From positions 6,020 through 70,019 of the forward strand of contig MHTK01000002.1 in the NCBI GenBank assembly GCA_001824825.1: DNA of 64,000 nt, given 5' to 3'. The stretch comes from Candidatus Vogelbacteria bacterium RIFOXYD1_FULL_46_19 (lineage in GTDB: Bacteria > Patescibacteriota > Minisyncoccia > Phycocordibacterales > XYD1-FULL-46-19). This document shows positions 1 to 8,607 of the stretch, in pieces (the first letter of the stretch is position 1; every line of letters starts with the position of its first letter). The position numbers and the translations under genes were made by a program. The notes under the pieces are model-generated. The model made no database searches and was not told where the DNA came from. It saw only the letters and a program-made list of their open reading frames with translations.

Positions 1-570
1 ACCAACCCCGGTGATGTGGTGACTGTCGCTTATGGTTACCGCTGGCGCAAGCACTTTGGACGAGACCAACTCGGCAAACTAATCGAACTACTCCAAAAAG
101 ATCCTAGCTCGAGACACGGCGTGATTGTGACATGGGACCCGGCGAGCGACGGCTTGGGTGGTGTGGCTAGGAAAAATGTCCCTTGCCCTTATACTTTTAC
201 AGTAAATATTATTGGCGGTAAATTGCATCTTCATAACATCATCCGCTCCAATGATATGATGCTTGGTATGCCGGCGGATGTAGCCGGCTTTGCTCTCTTG
301 CAATGTATGCTGGCTCAAAAATTAAACGTTAAACCTGGTATCTACACCCACTCCATTTCTAATGCCCATATTTATGATATCCACTACGCTGGGGCTCAGG
401 AAATTATTGACCGCAAGCATAACCATAAGCCAATCAACTTACACTTACCGGAAAATTCTTTCGATCGAGCTGAGAATCGTGATCCAAAATTGTATCAGGA
501 AATAGTCGACGATCTAGAGGCCCAGTATCACCCAGGTGAACCCATTAGTGGTTTAAAAATAGTTTTGTGA
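1..570 (+). CDS. thyA: thymidylate synthase (5' truncated by window edge)
   Basis: YGYRWR, PC catalytic Cys, RSND, HIYDxH motifs; frame open from base 1. Confidence 0.95.
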   Translation, partial: TNPGDVVTVAYGYRWRKHFGRDQLGKLIELLQKDPSSRHGVIVTWDPASDGLGGVARKNVPCPYTFTVNIIGGKLHLHNIIRSNDMMLGMPADVAGFALLQCMLAQKLNVKPGIYTHSISNAHIYDIHYAGAQEIIDRKHNHKPINLHLPENSFDRAENRDPKLYQEIVDDLEAQYHPGEPISGLKIVL

Positions 571-1064
571 AAACCTTTATTGTGGCCGCCATGTCGGCCG
601 ACGGCTTCATCGCCAAAAATCGAGATGAGGCTTCGACCAGCTGGACCAGTAAAGCCGACAAAAAACATTTTATTGCCCTCACCAAAAAAGCGGGCGTAAT
701 AGTAATGGGAGCGAAAACCTACGAAACTTTCGGGGCCCAGCCCCTGGCCGGTCGCCGTAATATTATCTACTCTCTCGACGTTGAATATGAAGGCGTTGAA
801 ACAACCACCGAACCCCCAGAACAACTACTCCTGCGACTAGAGCGAGAAGGTGTGTCTGAAGTAGCAATTTGTGGTGGGGCATCAATATATACCCTCTTTC
901 TAGATAATAATTTGGTCGACAAATTATATTTGACAGTTGAAGGGGTTATTTTTGGCCAAGGATTAAATTTACTATCAAAAAACTTGCCAAGACAGCTATC
1001 TCTTGTTTCACTTAACAAAATTGGAGACAATACGGTTCTATTAGAATACGACCTAATAAAGTAA
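567..1064 (+). CDS. folA: dihydrofolate reductase
   Basis: MGxKTYE, PLAGRRNII, ICGGASIY motifs; overlaps thyA stop. Confidence 0.93.
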   Translation: MKTFIVAAMSADGFIAKNRDEASTSWTSKADKKHFIALTKKAGVIVMGAKTYETFGAQPLAGRRNIIYSLDVEYEGVETTTEPPEQLLLRLEREGVSEVAICGGASIYTLFLDNNLVDKLYLTVEGVIFGQGLNLLSKNLPRQLSLVSLNKIGDNTVLLEYDLIK

Positions 1065-1065
1065 T

Positions 1066-1710
1066 ATGGCTATCCTAACCAAAGACCAGATTTTAAAACG
1101 AATTCAAACTGCTGACCTAAAATTCAAGCCAAGCTTAGATATTTTTCAGCTTCAGGCTCACGCAGTGGATTTGCGTTTGGGCTATACTTTTTTAATCCCC
1201 AAAAAGTGGCACCTAACAAAAGCCGGTCGAGAAGCTTTAAATATCAACTATTTTGATAAAAACAGGCCAGCTTACTTCGACATCATCGAATTAGAGGAAG
1301 GCCAGGTGTTTGACCTGTTGCCGGGAGAATATGTTTTAGTAAGCACTTTGGAATCTATTACTCTGCCAAGAGATATTATGGCAGTGCTTTACCCTCGGTC
1401 TTCCACCAACCGCAAAGGCTTGTCCGTCGATCTAACCGGCATAGTTGACTCAGGTTATGAAGGACAACTAGCCATACCTATTACCAATAACACTGACTCT
1501 CAAGTGATAAAACTTTATCCGGGCGAACGTTTTTGTCAACTTGTGTTTGAACAATTAGACCAAGCGGTGGATGCGCGCCAAAGTCGCTATCACCATAAAG
1601 ACATTATTGAAGGGTTTATTGCCAAGCACCTATCCAAAGACAACACTGAAATAAACTTAATCAAGAAAGGAGAGATAAAAAAACTTAAAAGCCAGTATAA
1701 AATTAAGTAA
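1066..1710 (+). CDS. dcd: dCTP deaminase
   Basis: AVDLRLG, RSSxxRxGL, VDSGYEG, YPGERFCQLVF. Confidence 0.92.
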   Translation: MAILTKDQILKRIQTADLKFKPSLDIFQLQAHAVDLRLGYTFLIPKKWHLTKAGREALNINYFDKNRPAYFDIIELEEGQVFDLLPGEYVLVSTLESITLPRDIMAVLYPRSSTNRKGLSVDLTGIVDSGYEGQLAIPITNNTDSQVIKLYPGERFCQLVFEQLDQAVDARQSRYHHKDIIEGFIAKHLSKDNTEINLIKKGEIKKLKSQYKIK

Positions 1711-1742
1711 AGAAAAACCCCCAGTACTGGGGGTTTTTCTTT
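1711..1742. terminator. bidirectional intrinsic terminator
   Basis: AGAAAAACCCCCAG-TA-CTGGGGGTTTTTCT between convergent dcd and rplK. Confidence 0.85.
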
Positions 1743-1751
1743 GTGTATATT

Positions 1752-1839
1752 TTATTTCACCTCCACCCACACATATTTTTCTGCTGAAAAATTGCGCGGG
1801 CCCGCCTCGGCTCGTCAGCCTCCGGCCGGTGGAAGTTGC
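1752..1839 (-). repeat. rplK 3'-end mirror element (antisense plus direct copy of the last codons)
   Basis: TATTTCACCTCCACCC at 1753 vs TATTTCACTTCCACCC at 1841; inverted GGTGGAAGT at 1828-1836. Confidence 0.6.
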
Positions 1840-2262
1840 CTATTTCACTTCCACCCCCATCGAACGAGCGGTGCCGGCAATAATTTTAGCAGCCGCGGTC
1901 ACGTCGTTAGCATTCAAATCCGGCATTTTCCTCTCAGCAATTTCATTAATTTGAGCTTTGGTAATAGTGCCAACTTTTTTAGCCACATTTTTACCCGAGC
2001 CTTTCTCGACTCCGATCGCTTTAAGAATCAAACTCGAAGCTGGTGGGGTTTTTAAAACAAAGTCAAAACTCCGGTCTTCATAAACCGAAATTTCAACCGG
2101 GATAATATCCCCTCTCATTTCTTGAGTTTTAGAATTGAACTGATTGACGAACTCGCCAATGTTAATACCAGCCTGACCTAAGGCTGGACCAACCGGTGGC
2201 GCTGGGTTAGCCGCCCCCGCGGGAATCTGCAGTTTTAATTTTTTGATGATTTTTTTAGCCAT
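1840..2262 (-). CDS. rplK: 50S ribosomal protein L11
   Basis: [26 protein letters not shown]. Confidence 0.99.
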   Translation of the reverse strand: MAKKIIKKLKLQIPAGAANPAPPVGPALGQAGINIGEFVNQFNSKTQEMRGDIIPVEISVYEDRSFDFVLKTPPASSLILKAIGVEKGSGKNVAKKVGTITKAQINEIAERKMPDLNANDVTAAAKIIAGTARSMGVEVK

Positions 2263-2331
2263 AACGATAGAAATCTACCTTATTTTTGTAAAAATGTCCA
2301 ATTCAAGCTGATGAGCGAAAAATTCATTAAT

Positions 2332-2877
2332 CTAAATCTTCTTGACTTGGAGAAAATCCAACTCTACCGGGGTTTCGCGGCCAAACATCGATACCAGGAC
2401 TTTGACCTTGCCACGCTCGGAATCGATCTCGCTAACTTTACCTTCAAAGTCTTTAAACGGACCATCGACAATCACTACCGGCTCCTCTACCGACAAGTCG
2501 ATAGCGTGCTTAGTGGAGTCGTCGCTCATCCGGCGGAACAATTCATCCACTTCCTCTTTAGCGAGCGGCACCGGAATCACTCCCGAACCAATAAAGCCAG
2601 TTACCCGCGGCGTGTTACGTACCACGTACCAAGAATCGTCGGTGACGATCATATCCACCAAGACATAACCGGGGTAAATTTTTTCTTCTTCGGTCACGCG
2701 TTTACCCCCCTTAATTTTTACCTTTTTCTCGCTGGGTACCAAGACATTGAAAATTTTAGTTTCCATCCCCAACGACTCGATGCGTTGTTTTAGGTTTCTC
2801 GCCACCGCATTTTCATAACCGGCGTAAGTATGAATAGCATACCAATTACGCCCTTGGTCTAGTTCTTGTTTAGCCAT
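2332..2877 (-). CDS. nusG: transcription termination/antitermination factor NusG
   Basis: WYAIHTYAGYE, PGYVLV, GPFKDF, FGRETPVEL. Confidence 0.99.
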   Translation of the reverse strand: MAKQELDQGRNWYAIHTYAGYENAVARNLKQRIESLGMETKIFNVLVPSEKKVKIKGGKRVTEEEKIYPGYVLVDMIVTDDSWYVVRNTPRVTGFIGSGVIPVPLAKEEVDELFRRMSDDSTKHAIDLSVEEPVVIVDGPFKDFEGKVSEIDSERGKVKVLVSMFGRETPVELDFLQVKKI

Positions 2878-2881
2878 AGGT

Positions 2882-3061
2882 TTAGATTAAAAAATTTCTT
2901 AAAATAGTAGTGAAAATAAAATCAAAAGCCCCCAAGTAAAATCCAATGACAAAAGCAATCGCAATCACAATCGTCGTATAAGCAATCGCCTGATTTTTGG
3001 TCGGCCAGTTCACGTGCTTGAGTTCTCCCTTGGTGGACTTAAGATAGTCGATGAATGACAT
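2882..3061 (-). CDS. secE: preprotein translocase subunit SecE (59 aa, not in ORF track)
   Basis: Manual translation MSFIDYLKSTKGELKHVNWPTKNQAIAYT...; ELxxVxWP motif plus TM helix; directly upstream of nusG. Confidence 0.95.
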   Translation of the reverse strand: MSFIDYLKSTKGELKHVNWPTKNQAIAYTTIVIAIAFVIGFYLGAFDFIFTTILRNFLI

Positions 3062-3137
3062 AAATTAGAAATTATCGCTGTAATAAAAAAGCCCCGCGGG
3101 GCCCTTTCATACTACAAGGCTATCAAGGGAAAGTCAA

Positions 3138-3233
3138 CCCTGTGAAATAGGTAGTTTAAAGTCTCACTGTAAGCTCATAGTGATTCGGAGTACTAAATAT
3201 AAGCACAATATTCCGATGGCTTATTTCACAGGG
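3138..3233. mobile_element. 96-bp MITE-like element with 12-bp terminal inverted repeats
   Basis: CCCTGTGAAATA...TATTTCACAGGG, flanked on both sides by TCAA. Confidence 0.6.
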
Positions 3234-3284
3234 TCAACTCCAGCACCAATGCCTTAGTTGGTGCTGGGTGTCCCAACACTTCTT

Positions 3285-4712
3285 TTAACTCACACTAGGT
3301 AAGTCGCCTCGGCGGTAGCGCGTTAGGGGCAACTTGTTCAGCTGATTTAAAATAGGTGTAATAAATTGCCACGATGCAATAATTTCGCCGCGAGTAGGAA
3401 AGAGGGTACTGTCCCCCATCAAGGCGTCAAACAACAGCCGCTCATAGTCGGAAGGTATCAGCCGATCGGGCCAGCCGGTCGCATAAGCAAACTCCAGGTT
3501 TTTTTCTGTGACCAGATAGTCTAAACCCGGCTCTTTAGCCAGAAGCGACAGTGCCACCCCTTCGTTGGGTTGAATGGTGAAAGTTAAGACATTACCCACC
3601 TCTCCACTCTCCACCTCTACCGGTATCAACTTTAAATTTTTAAAGTAAATTTTGATCTCGGTTTTTTTAACCGGTAAACCTTTGCCACTTTCTAAAGTAA
3701 ATGGAACACCACGTAAGGGGCCAGTGGTTACAGTGGCGTTAATTTTAAAATAAGTTTCCGTAGTTGAGTAAGGAGCCACTCCGGACTCATTTAAGTATCC
3801 CTCATATTGGCCCCGTTGCACCGACTCTTTAAAATCAGAATGGGCCAGTTTTAAACCTTTTAATACTCTCTCCCGAGCCGCTCTAATACTAGCGGCTGTC
3901 AGGGTAGCCGGTGTCTCCATCGCCACCAAAGCGAGCATTTGCAGTAAATGATTCTGACCCACATCCCGTAAGGCTCCCACCTCGTCATAAAAAGACCCCC
4001 GACCCACTATTCCTTCTTGCTCTAAGAGACGCACCTCTACGCGGACAATGTGCCCGCGATTCCAAATATTGGCAAATAAGGGGTTGGCCAATCTAAAAGT
4101 AATAATATTTTGCAAAGTCTCCTTGGCTAAATAATGATCAATCCGAAAAATTTGATCCTCGGTAAAAATATTCTTAAGTTGGCGTTCTAAAGATCTGGCG
4201 GTTCCTAAATCACGACCAAAAGGCTTTTCCACCAAAAAACGCGTCCAGCCGGTACCAGCCCGCGCGCTTTCGCAAGCTTTAGCCAAGTGACTCTTTTTAA
4301 TTAACGGGAAAATCGTCGGATAAAGCGCTGGGGGCACGGCAAGGTAAAATAGCTTATTAGTACAAACACCTAAACTGTTATCTAAAGACTTAAGTTGTTC
4401 GCCTAAGCGCTCGTAAGCCGCCGGGTCGTCAAATTGGCCCTGCTCCAATACTATCAACTTTAAAAATTTTTTAAGACTAGTTGAACTCGCCCCACGGTGA
4501 TACTTGGTGAGACTGTCTTGAATCAAAGTTTGAAATTCCAGTTTAGATAAGTCACGCCGCATAAACCCCACCAGCCGGAACTGGCTGGGCAGCAACCCCT
4601 TTAGATATAAATCGAAAATGGCCGGCAACAGTTTACGCCGGGCTAAATCACCGGTAATACCAAAAACCACCACAATGGTGGGAGGTAAGGGCGTGGTTTT
4701 TGGTCTGGTCAT
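3285..4712 (-). CDS. zwf: glucose-6-phosphate 1-dehydrogenase
   Basis: GxTGDLA, EKPFG, RIDHYLAKE, RDVGQNHLLQ. Confidence 0.97.
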   Translation of the reverse strand: MTRPKTTPLPPTIVVVFGITGDLARRKLLPAIFDLYLKGLLPSQFRLVGFMRRDLSKLEFQTLIQDSLTKYHRGASSTSLKKFLKLIVLEQGQFDDPAAYERLGEQLKSLDNSLGVCTNKLFYLAVPPALYPTIFPLIKKSHLAKACESARAGTGWTRFLVEKPFGRDLGTARSLERQLKNIFTEDQIFRIDHYLAKETLQNIITFRLANPLFANIWNRGHIVRVEVRLLEQEGIVGRGSFYDEVGALRDVGQNHLLQMLALVAMETPATLTAASIRAARERVLKGLKLAHSDFKESVQRGQYEGYLNESGVAPYSTTETYFKINATVTTGPLRGVPFTLESGKGLPVKKTEIKIYFKNLKLIPVEVESGEVGNVLTFTIQPNEGVALSLLAKEPGLDYLVTEKNLEFAYATGWPDRLIPSDYERLLFDALMGDSTLFPTRGEIIASWQFITPILNQLNKLPLTRYRRGDLPSVS

Positions 4713-4744
4713 AAAACTTATTCTACCACCTCACTTCTAGATCG

Positions 4745-4966
4745 CTAAGCCGACGCCTCAGTCGAGGTGACAGTCGAATCCGGTCCTTGGGGCACTATAA
4801 GAATGGCTAGTAAGTAGCCAATAACACCAGGAAAAATACCCGTCATTAAAACAATTAAAATAAAAATAACGCGCAGTAAAACCGGGTCAATACTAGAATA
4901 CTCCCCCAAGCCACCCAAGACCCCAGCCACTGTTCGATCTTTTTGGCTACGATAAAGTTTTTTCAT
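4745..4966 (-). CDS. PspC domain protein
   Basis: KKLYRSxxDRxxAGVxGGLGEY plus TM helix. Confidence 0.9.
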   Translation of the reverse strand: MKKLYRSQKDRTVAGVLGGLGEYSSIDPVLLRVIFILIVLMTGIFPGVIGYLLAILIVPQGPDSTVTSTEASA

Positions 4967-5091
4967 AGATTCTTTAAATTTAGACTTTAATAATTATAGA
5001 TTTACTCTTTTTAAGCCGAAAAGCAAGGTCTACTTGCTAGTTTTTTTAAGAAGCCCCCGCCGTCGAGTGACGTCGGGGGCGATAGGTGCTC

Positions 5092-5409
5092 TTACACCAC
5101 ATGGCCGCAGCGAGCTAAGCTCTGGCGTATAATCGATAGATTCGACCTGGTCCTAGCATCGGTAATCCAGGGTGGCAAAGTCGCATCTCGATCAAGGCAA
5201 AACTGACGTGGAAGCGTAGGATGAGCAAGAATTACTCCCGCCCCTTTACCGCCCCAGTCTTTGGCCGGCCACACCTTGACCAATTTCAGATTTGAAGCAA
5301 GGATAAGATCCACGACTTCTGGCGGTAAAACAGGAGCCGGCCGAGCCAACTTACCCCTTCGAACCTCCAGTACATTTGGGTCTACCACATCCTTGTCCGG
5401 AGTATACAT
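5092..5409 (-). CDS. hypothetical protein
   Basis: 105-aa ORF with GGAGGTG RBS and a downstream hairpin at 5053-5080. Confidence 0.6.
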   Translation of the reverse strand: MYTPDKDVVDPNVLEVRRGKLARPAPVLPPEVVDLILASNLKLVKVWPAKDWGGKGAGVILAHPTLPRQFCLDRDATLPPWITDARTRSNLSIIRQSLARCGHVV

Positions 5410-5472
5410 AACTCACCTCCCTAAGTTGAGTCCTATTTCTACTCTTAATAAACCAGAAAACTCATGCGCTGT

Positions 5473-6477
5473 CTATATTCCCAAGGTCCGACCTAGGGAA
5501 GTAGCCACTTTGGCTTTAGCTTCGGCTAGGGGCATTAAAAGCAGTGCCCCGGCGGCGGCCCGATGCCCGCCGCCGCCGAAGGTGGCGGCAATTTTAGACA
5601 CATCAACCAGGTCGGGGTTCTTAGACCGGAGGGATAATCTAACTCGTCCCAGCTCCTTTTCCACCAAAGTGGCAACCACTACATAATCCCTAACCAAAAG
5701 TAAGTCCCCCGAAATCGACAAGCCTTCCGTATCGGCGTAATTAATCCCCGCTGACTCCAAATCAGAAAAACTTAAAGCTACCATCCCCGCTCGTCCCCCA
5801 GCCACTTCCTCAGCCGAATTAAGAGCTAAGCCCCAATACCGCAAAGCGCCCTTGGTCATACTCCGCTCCAGGTCTAAAACCACTCGGGTAGCTTGGGGAT
5901 TCACTTTTAAAAGTTCCGCCCCCACCTCGAGTGTACGCGGGGTCACTTCCGGATATTTAAAACCCCCGGTGTCACTATACAGGCCAGCGTATAAATTGGC
6001 CGCCATAGTAGCAGTCAAGGCCACATGCCAAGCGGTTAGTAATTCAAAAATTATCTCAGCGGTGGCTGGCCGCGACGAATCGATTAAGTTGATCTGACCA
6101 AAGCCGGGATTGGAGATGTGATGATCAATCACTACTGTCTTTAAGTGAGACGGAAACACTACCGCCCCCTTTTTAGAAATCATATTAACTGAAGCGGAAT
6201 CCAAAATTAAAAACAAATCAAACTGGCCCACCTCAATATCGGAGTAAGCGGTCGGGATAATAGTTTCAAAACCTGGCAAAGCGGCAAGTGACGGGGATAA
6301 ATCCGAATCACCACCAATGGCCACCACCTCCTTACCCAAACTACGACACGCTTCAGCGAGAGCCAGCACCGACCCGGCCGAATCAGGGTCCGGACTCGGG
6401 TGTAAATGCAGCAATATCCGGTTTGAATTTTTAATAGCGTTTAGAATCTCGTCGGCAATTTTGAAAAAATCATTCAT
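5473..6477 (-). CDS. DHH/DHHA1 phosphoesterase (NrnA-like)
   Basis: HxxPDPD, DHH, DTGGF, GGGGHRAAAG. Confidence 0.93.
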   Translation of the reverse strand: MNDFFKIADEILNAIKNSNRILLHLHPSPDPDSAGSVLALAEACRSLGKEVVAIGGDSDLSPSLAALPGFETIIPTAYSDIEVGQFDLFLILDSASVNMISKKGAVVFPSHLKTVVIDHHISNPGFGQINLIDSSRPATAEIIFELLTAWHVALTATMAANLYAGLYSDTGGFKYPEVTPRTLEVGAELLKVNPQATRVVLDLERSMTKGALRYWGLALNSAEEVAGGRAGMVALSFSDLESAGINYADTEGLSISGDLLLVRDYVVVATLVEKELGRVRLSLRSKNPDLVDVSKIAATFGGGGHRAAAGALLLMPLAEAKAKVATSLGRTLGI

Positions 6478-6543
6478 AAGTAAAAAACTAGTTTTTAAAC
6501 AAGCCCTTGAATTATAACCTATCCGAGGGTAGCCTATAAATCA

Positions 6544-7395
6544 ATGCCCCTCGTTCAACAATACCCCGCTCTACAGTGCCTGGCCACCGCCTGCGATAAT
6601 TTAAATATTCCGTATCGCTACCTAGACCGCCATCACAACTTTATTGAAGTTAAACCGGCCGGCTCTTTGTCTCTATTTTTTGCCAACGCCGCCACTCCCT
6701 TTAACTCTGATGTGGTAAACCGTATCTGTGCGGACAAAGAATTTACCTACCTCCTGCTAAACGAAGTGATCGCGATGCCGGCCACGCTTGGCTTTTTCAA
6801 CCCGGATTCACTCGATATTTACGAACTTTATCGCAATGTTAAATCAAGGACAGAAATTATTGAAACCATCCAACAAAATTTTTCTTGGCCCCTAATAATG
6901 AAACGGAACGCCGGCCAACAAGGCAACAATGTTTTTCTCTGCCCCACCGAAAAAGATTTACATCGCGCTCTAAAAAAAATCTACAATCCCAAGTCCCAGC
7001 AGTACGACTACGTGGCCCTGGCCCAAGAGTACATCAAACCAAAAGCGGAGTACCGCTTGATTTTCTTCCGTGAGAAACTTTTACTTGCTTATGAAAAAAG
7101 CATAGTCGGCGCCACCTTTAATGGCAATCTAAGCCCCCTACACTGGGACCAAGCCCAGGCAATACCAATTGAAGACCAAGCTCAGTTGGCCGCTTTAGCG
7201 GATTTCGCCCAACCTATTTTTGCGCCCTTGCCGGTCACTTTTGCCGGCTTAGACGTCATTGAAGACGAACAAGGTAAATTGTGGCTAATTGAAATCAATA
7301 CCCGGCCGGGCTTTAAATTTTTCATTCATTCCAACGGTGAACAACCCTTAATTGAGATGTATGAAAAAATTCTTCAGGCGATCTTGGCCCACTAA
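6544..7395 (+). CDS. RimK-like ATP-grasp ligase
   Basis: DKxxT, PLIMKxxxGxQG, QEYI, GLDVI, IEINTRPG. Confidence 0.8.
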   Translation: MPLVQQYPALQCLATACDNLNIPYRYLDRHHNFIEVKPAGSLSLFFANAATPFNSDVVNRICADKEFTYLLLNEVIAMPATLGFFNPDSLDIYELYRNVKSRTEIIETIQQNFSWPLIMKRNAGQQGNNVFLCPTEKDLHRALKKIYNPKSQQYDYVALAQEYIKPKAEYRLIFFREKLLLAYEKSIVGATFNGNLSPLHWDQAQAIPIEDQAQLAALADFAQPIFAPLPVTFAGLDVIEDEQGKLWLIEINTRPGFKFFIHSNGEQPLIEMYEKILQAILAH

Positions 7396-7399
7396 AAAA

Positions 7400-8005
7400 T
7401 TATTTAAACTTTAAGCGAGGTTTCCAATACAGCATCACGGCCATAAAGATTGCTCCCACCGCATTAAACACTAAATCGAGACCAGTATTAAAGTACCCAC
7501 CCACCCCGGTCGACGGCATAAAAACGACAGCGGCAAATTCCACCAATTCATTAATCGCCCCCAAGCCCAAGCCGCCCAAAGCGGCTATAAAAACTAAAAG
7601 CCCCCGACTACCCGTAAAATACCGCTTCGTGATTTCATACATCACCAAAGTCGCCACGGCAAAGCCAAAAGCGTGAACCACTTGGTCAAATTTTAGAATG
7701 AAAAACTCACCGCCTCGATCCACCAAAGGCAGTAAGCGATAAGCGTATAAAACGTCGCCAGCCACCAGCACACTCCCCCCGGCCATATGTAAGAGCCCCC
7801 AGAGTGATAAGCCCCAGATTGACCAGTGACTAAGTCTGGTGTATTTAATCGTGCCTAATATTAGGGCAAAAAATAAAACAGTGACCGCCACGTACCAAAT
7901 AAACTCTGCATCGCCCTTGAAAATATAATAGACACTAAAAACAAGTAAGTAACCACTGGTAAAAACTAAGGGTCGCCAAAACTGATACCATAATTTTTTA
8001 GTCAT
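7400..8005 (-). CDS. membrane protein (DUF2238-like)
   Basis: LLHMAGG, FDQVVHAFG, NELVEF, NTGLDL; multiple TM segments. Confidence 0.7.
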   Translation of the reverse strand: MTKKLWYQFWRPLVFTSGYLLVFSVYYIFKGDAEFIWYVAVTVLFFALILGTIKYTRLSHWSIWGLSLWGLLHMAGGSVLVAGDVLYAYRLLPLVDRGGEFFILKFDQVVHAFGFAVATLVMYEITKRYFTGSRGLLVFIAALGGLGLGAINELVEFAAVVFMPSTGVGGYFNTGLDLVFNAVGAIFMAVMLYWKPRLKFK

Positions 8006-8471
8006 ATTTATTACATAATGGACAAAGGACTTTCCACAAGCGAGCTAAGGCTAGGGCCACCGACCCGGTTAAAGCCAGCTGGACCGTGGGCGACCAACCC
8101 ACTTTAAAGACCGGCACCAGAGGCATTAGATCGTTATAAGCCCAGCGGCCAGTATAAAGAGCAAAGAGTTCGAACCCGACAGCAAAGATAAGAGCTAAAA
8201 CAGAGAGCCAGATTAACTCTTTTTTAATATCCCGCCCACCAACCAAGAACCTAGCTATAGCGGCCAAAAAGGTAATCACCACGGCATCAAACACAGCCGC
8301 CCGCAGTAAAATGAAAATGGTAATCGATTCCCCTTGGTAGTGGGTATACAAAACCTCATGTGTGAGCTCCCAGCCAGCATTAAAAATAAAAGCGGCCGAC
8401 CAAACAGCAATAAACTCCACAACTATATGGGGTCTAAAAGTAAGCGCTAGAACCTTGGTGGTATTACACAT
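7998..8471 (-). CDS. hypothetical membrane protein
   Basis: 4 TM segments; WE and GRWAYxxxMP motifs. Confidence 0.7.
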   Translation of the reverse strand: MCNTTKVLALTFRPHIVVEFIAVWSAAFIFNAGWELTHEVLYTHYQGESITIFILLRAAVFDAVVITFLAAIARFLVGGRDIKKELIWLSVLALIFAVGFELFALYTGRWAYNDLMPLVPVFKVGWSPTVQLALTGSVALALARLWKVLCPLCNKYD

Positions 8472-8607
8472 CCTATCAATTATATAAGATTTTTTAGTAG
8501 GATACCTCTACCCTATTAACAATAGACCAACGACAAGTAAGTTCAAGTGTATTAAAATGTAAATACTAAATATAAGATCTCTTATTTCGATCAATAAAAG
8601 ATATTCT

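Noticed and set aside
2311-2793. 160-aa + strand ORF and many similar antisense ORFs in the track
   Set aside because: Shadows of well-supported genes on the opposite strand (nusG, zwf, ABC-F, polA and others)
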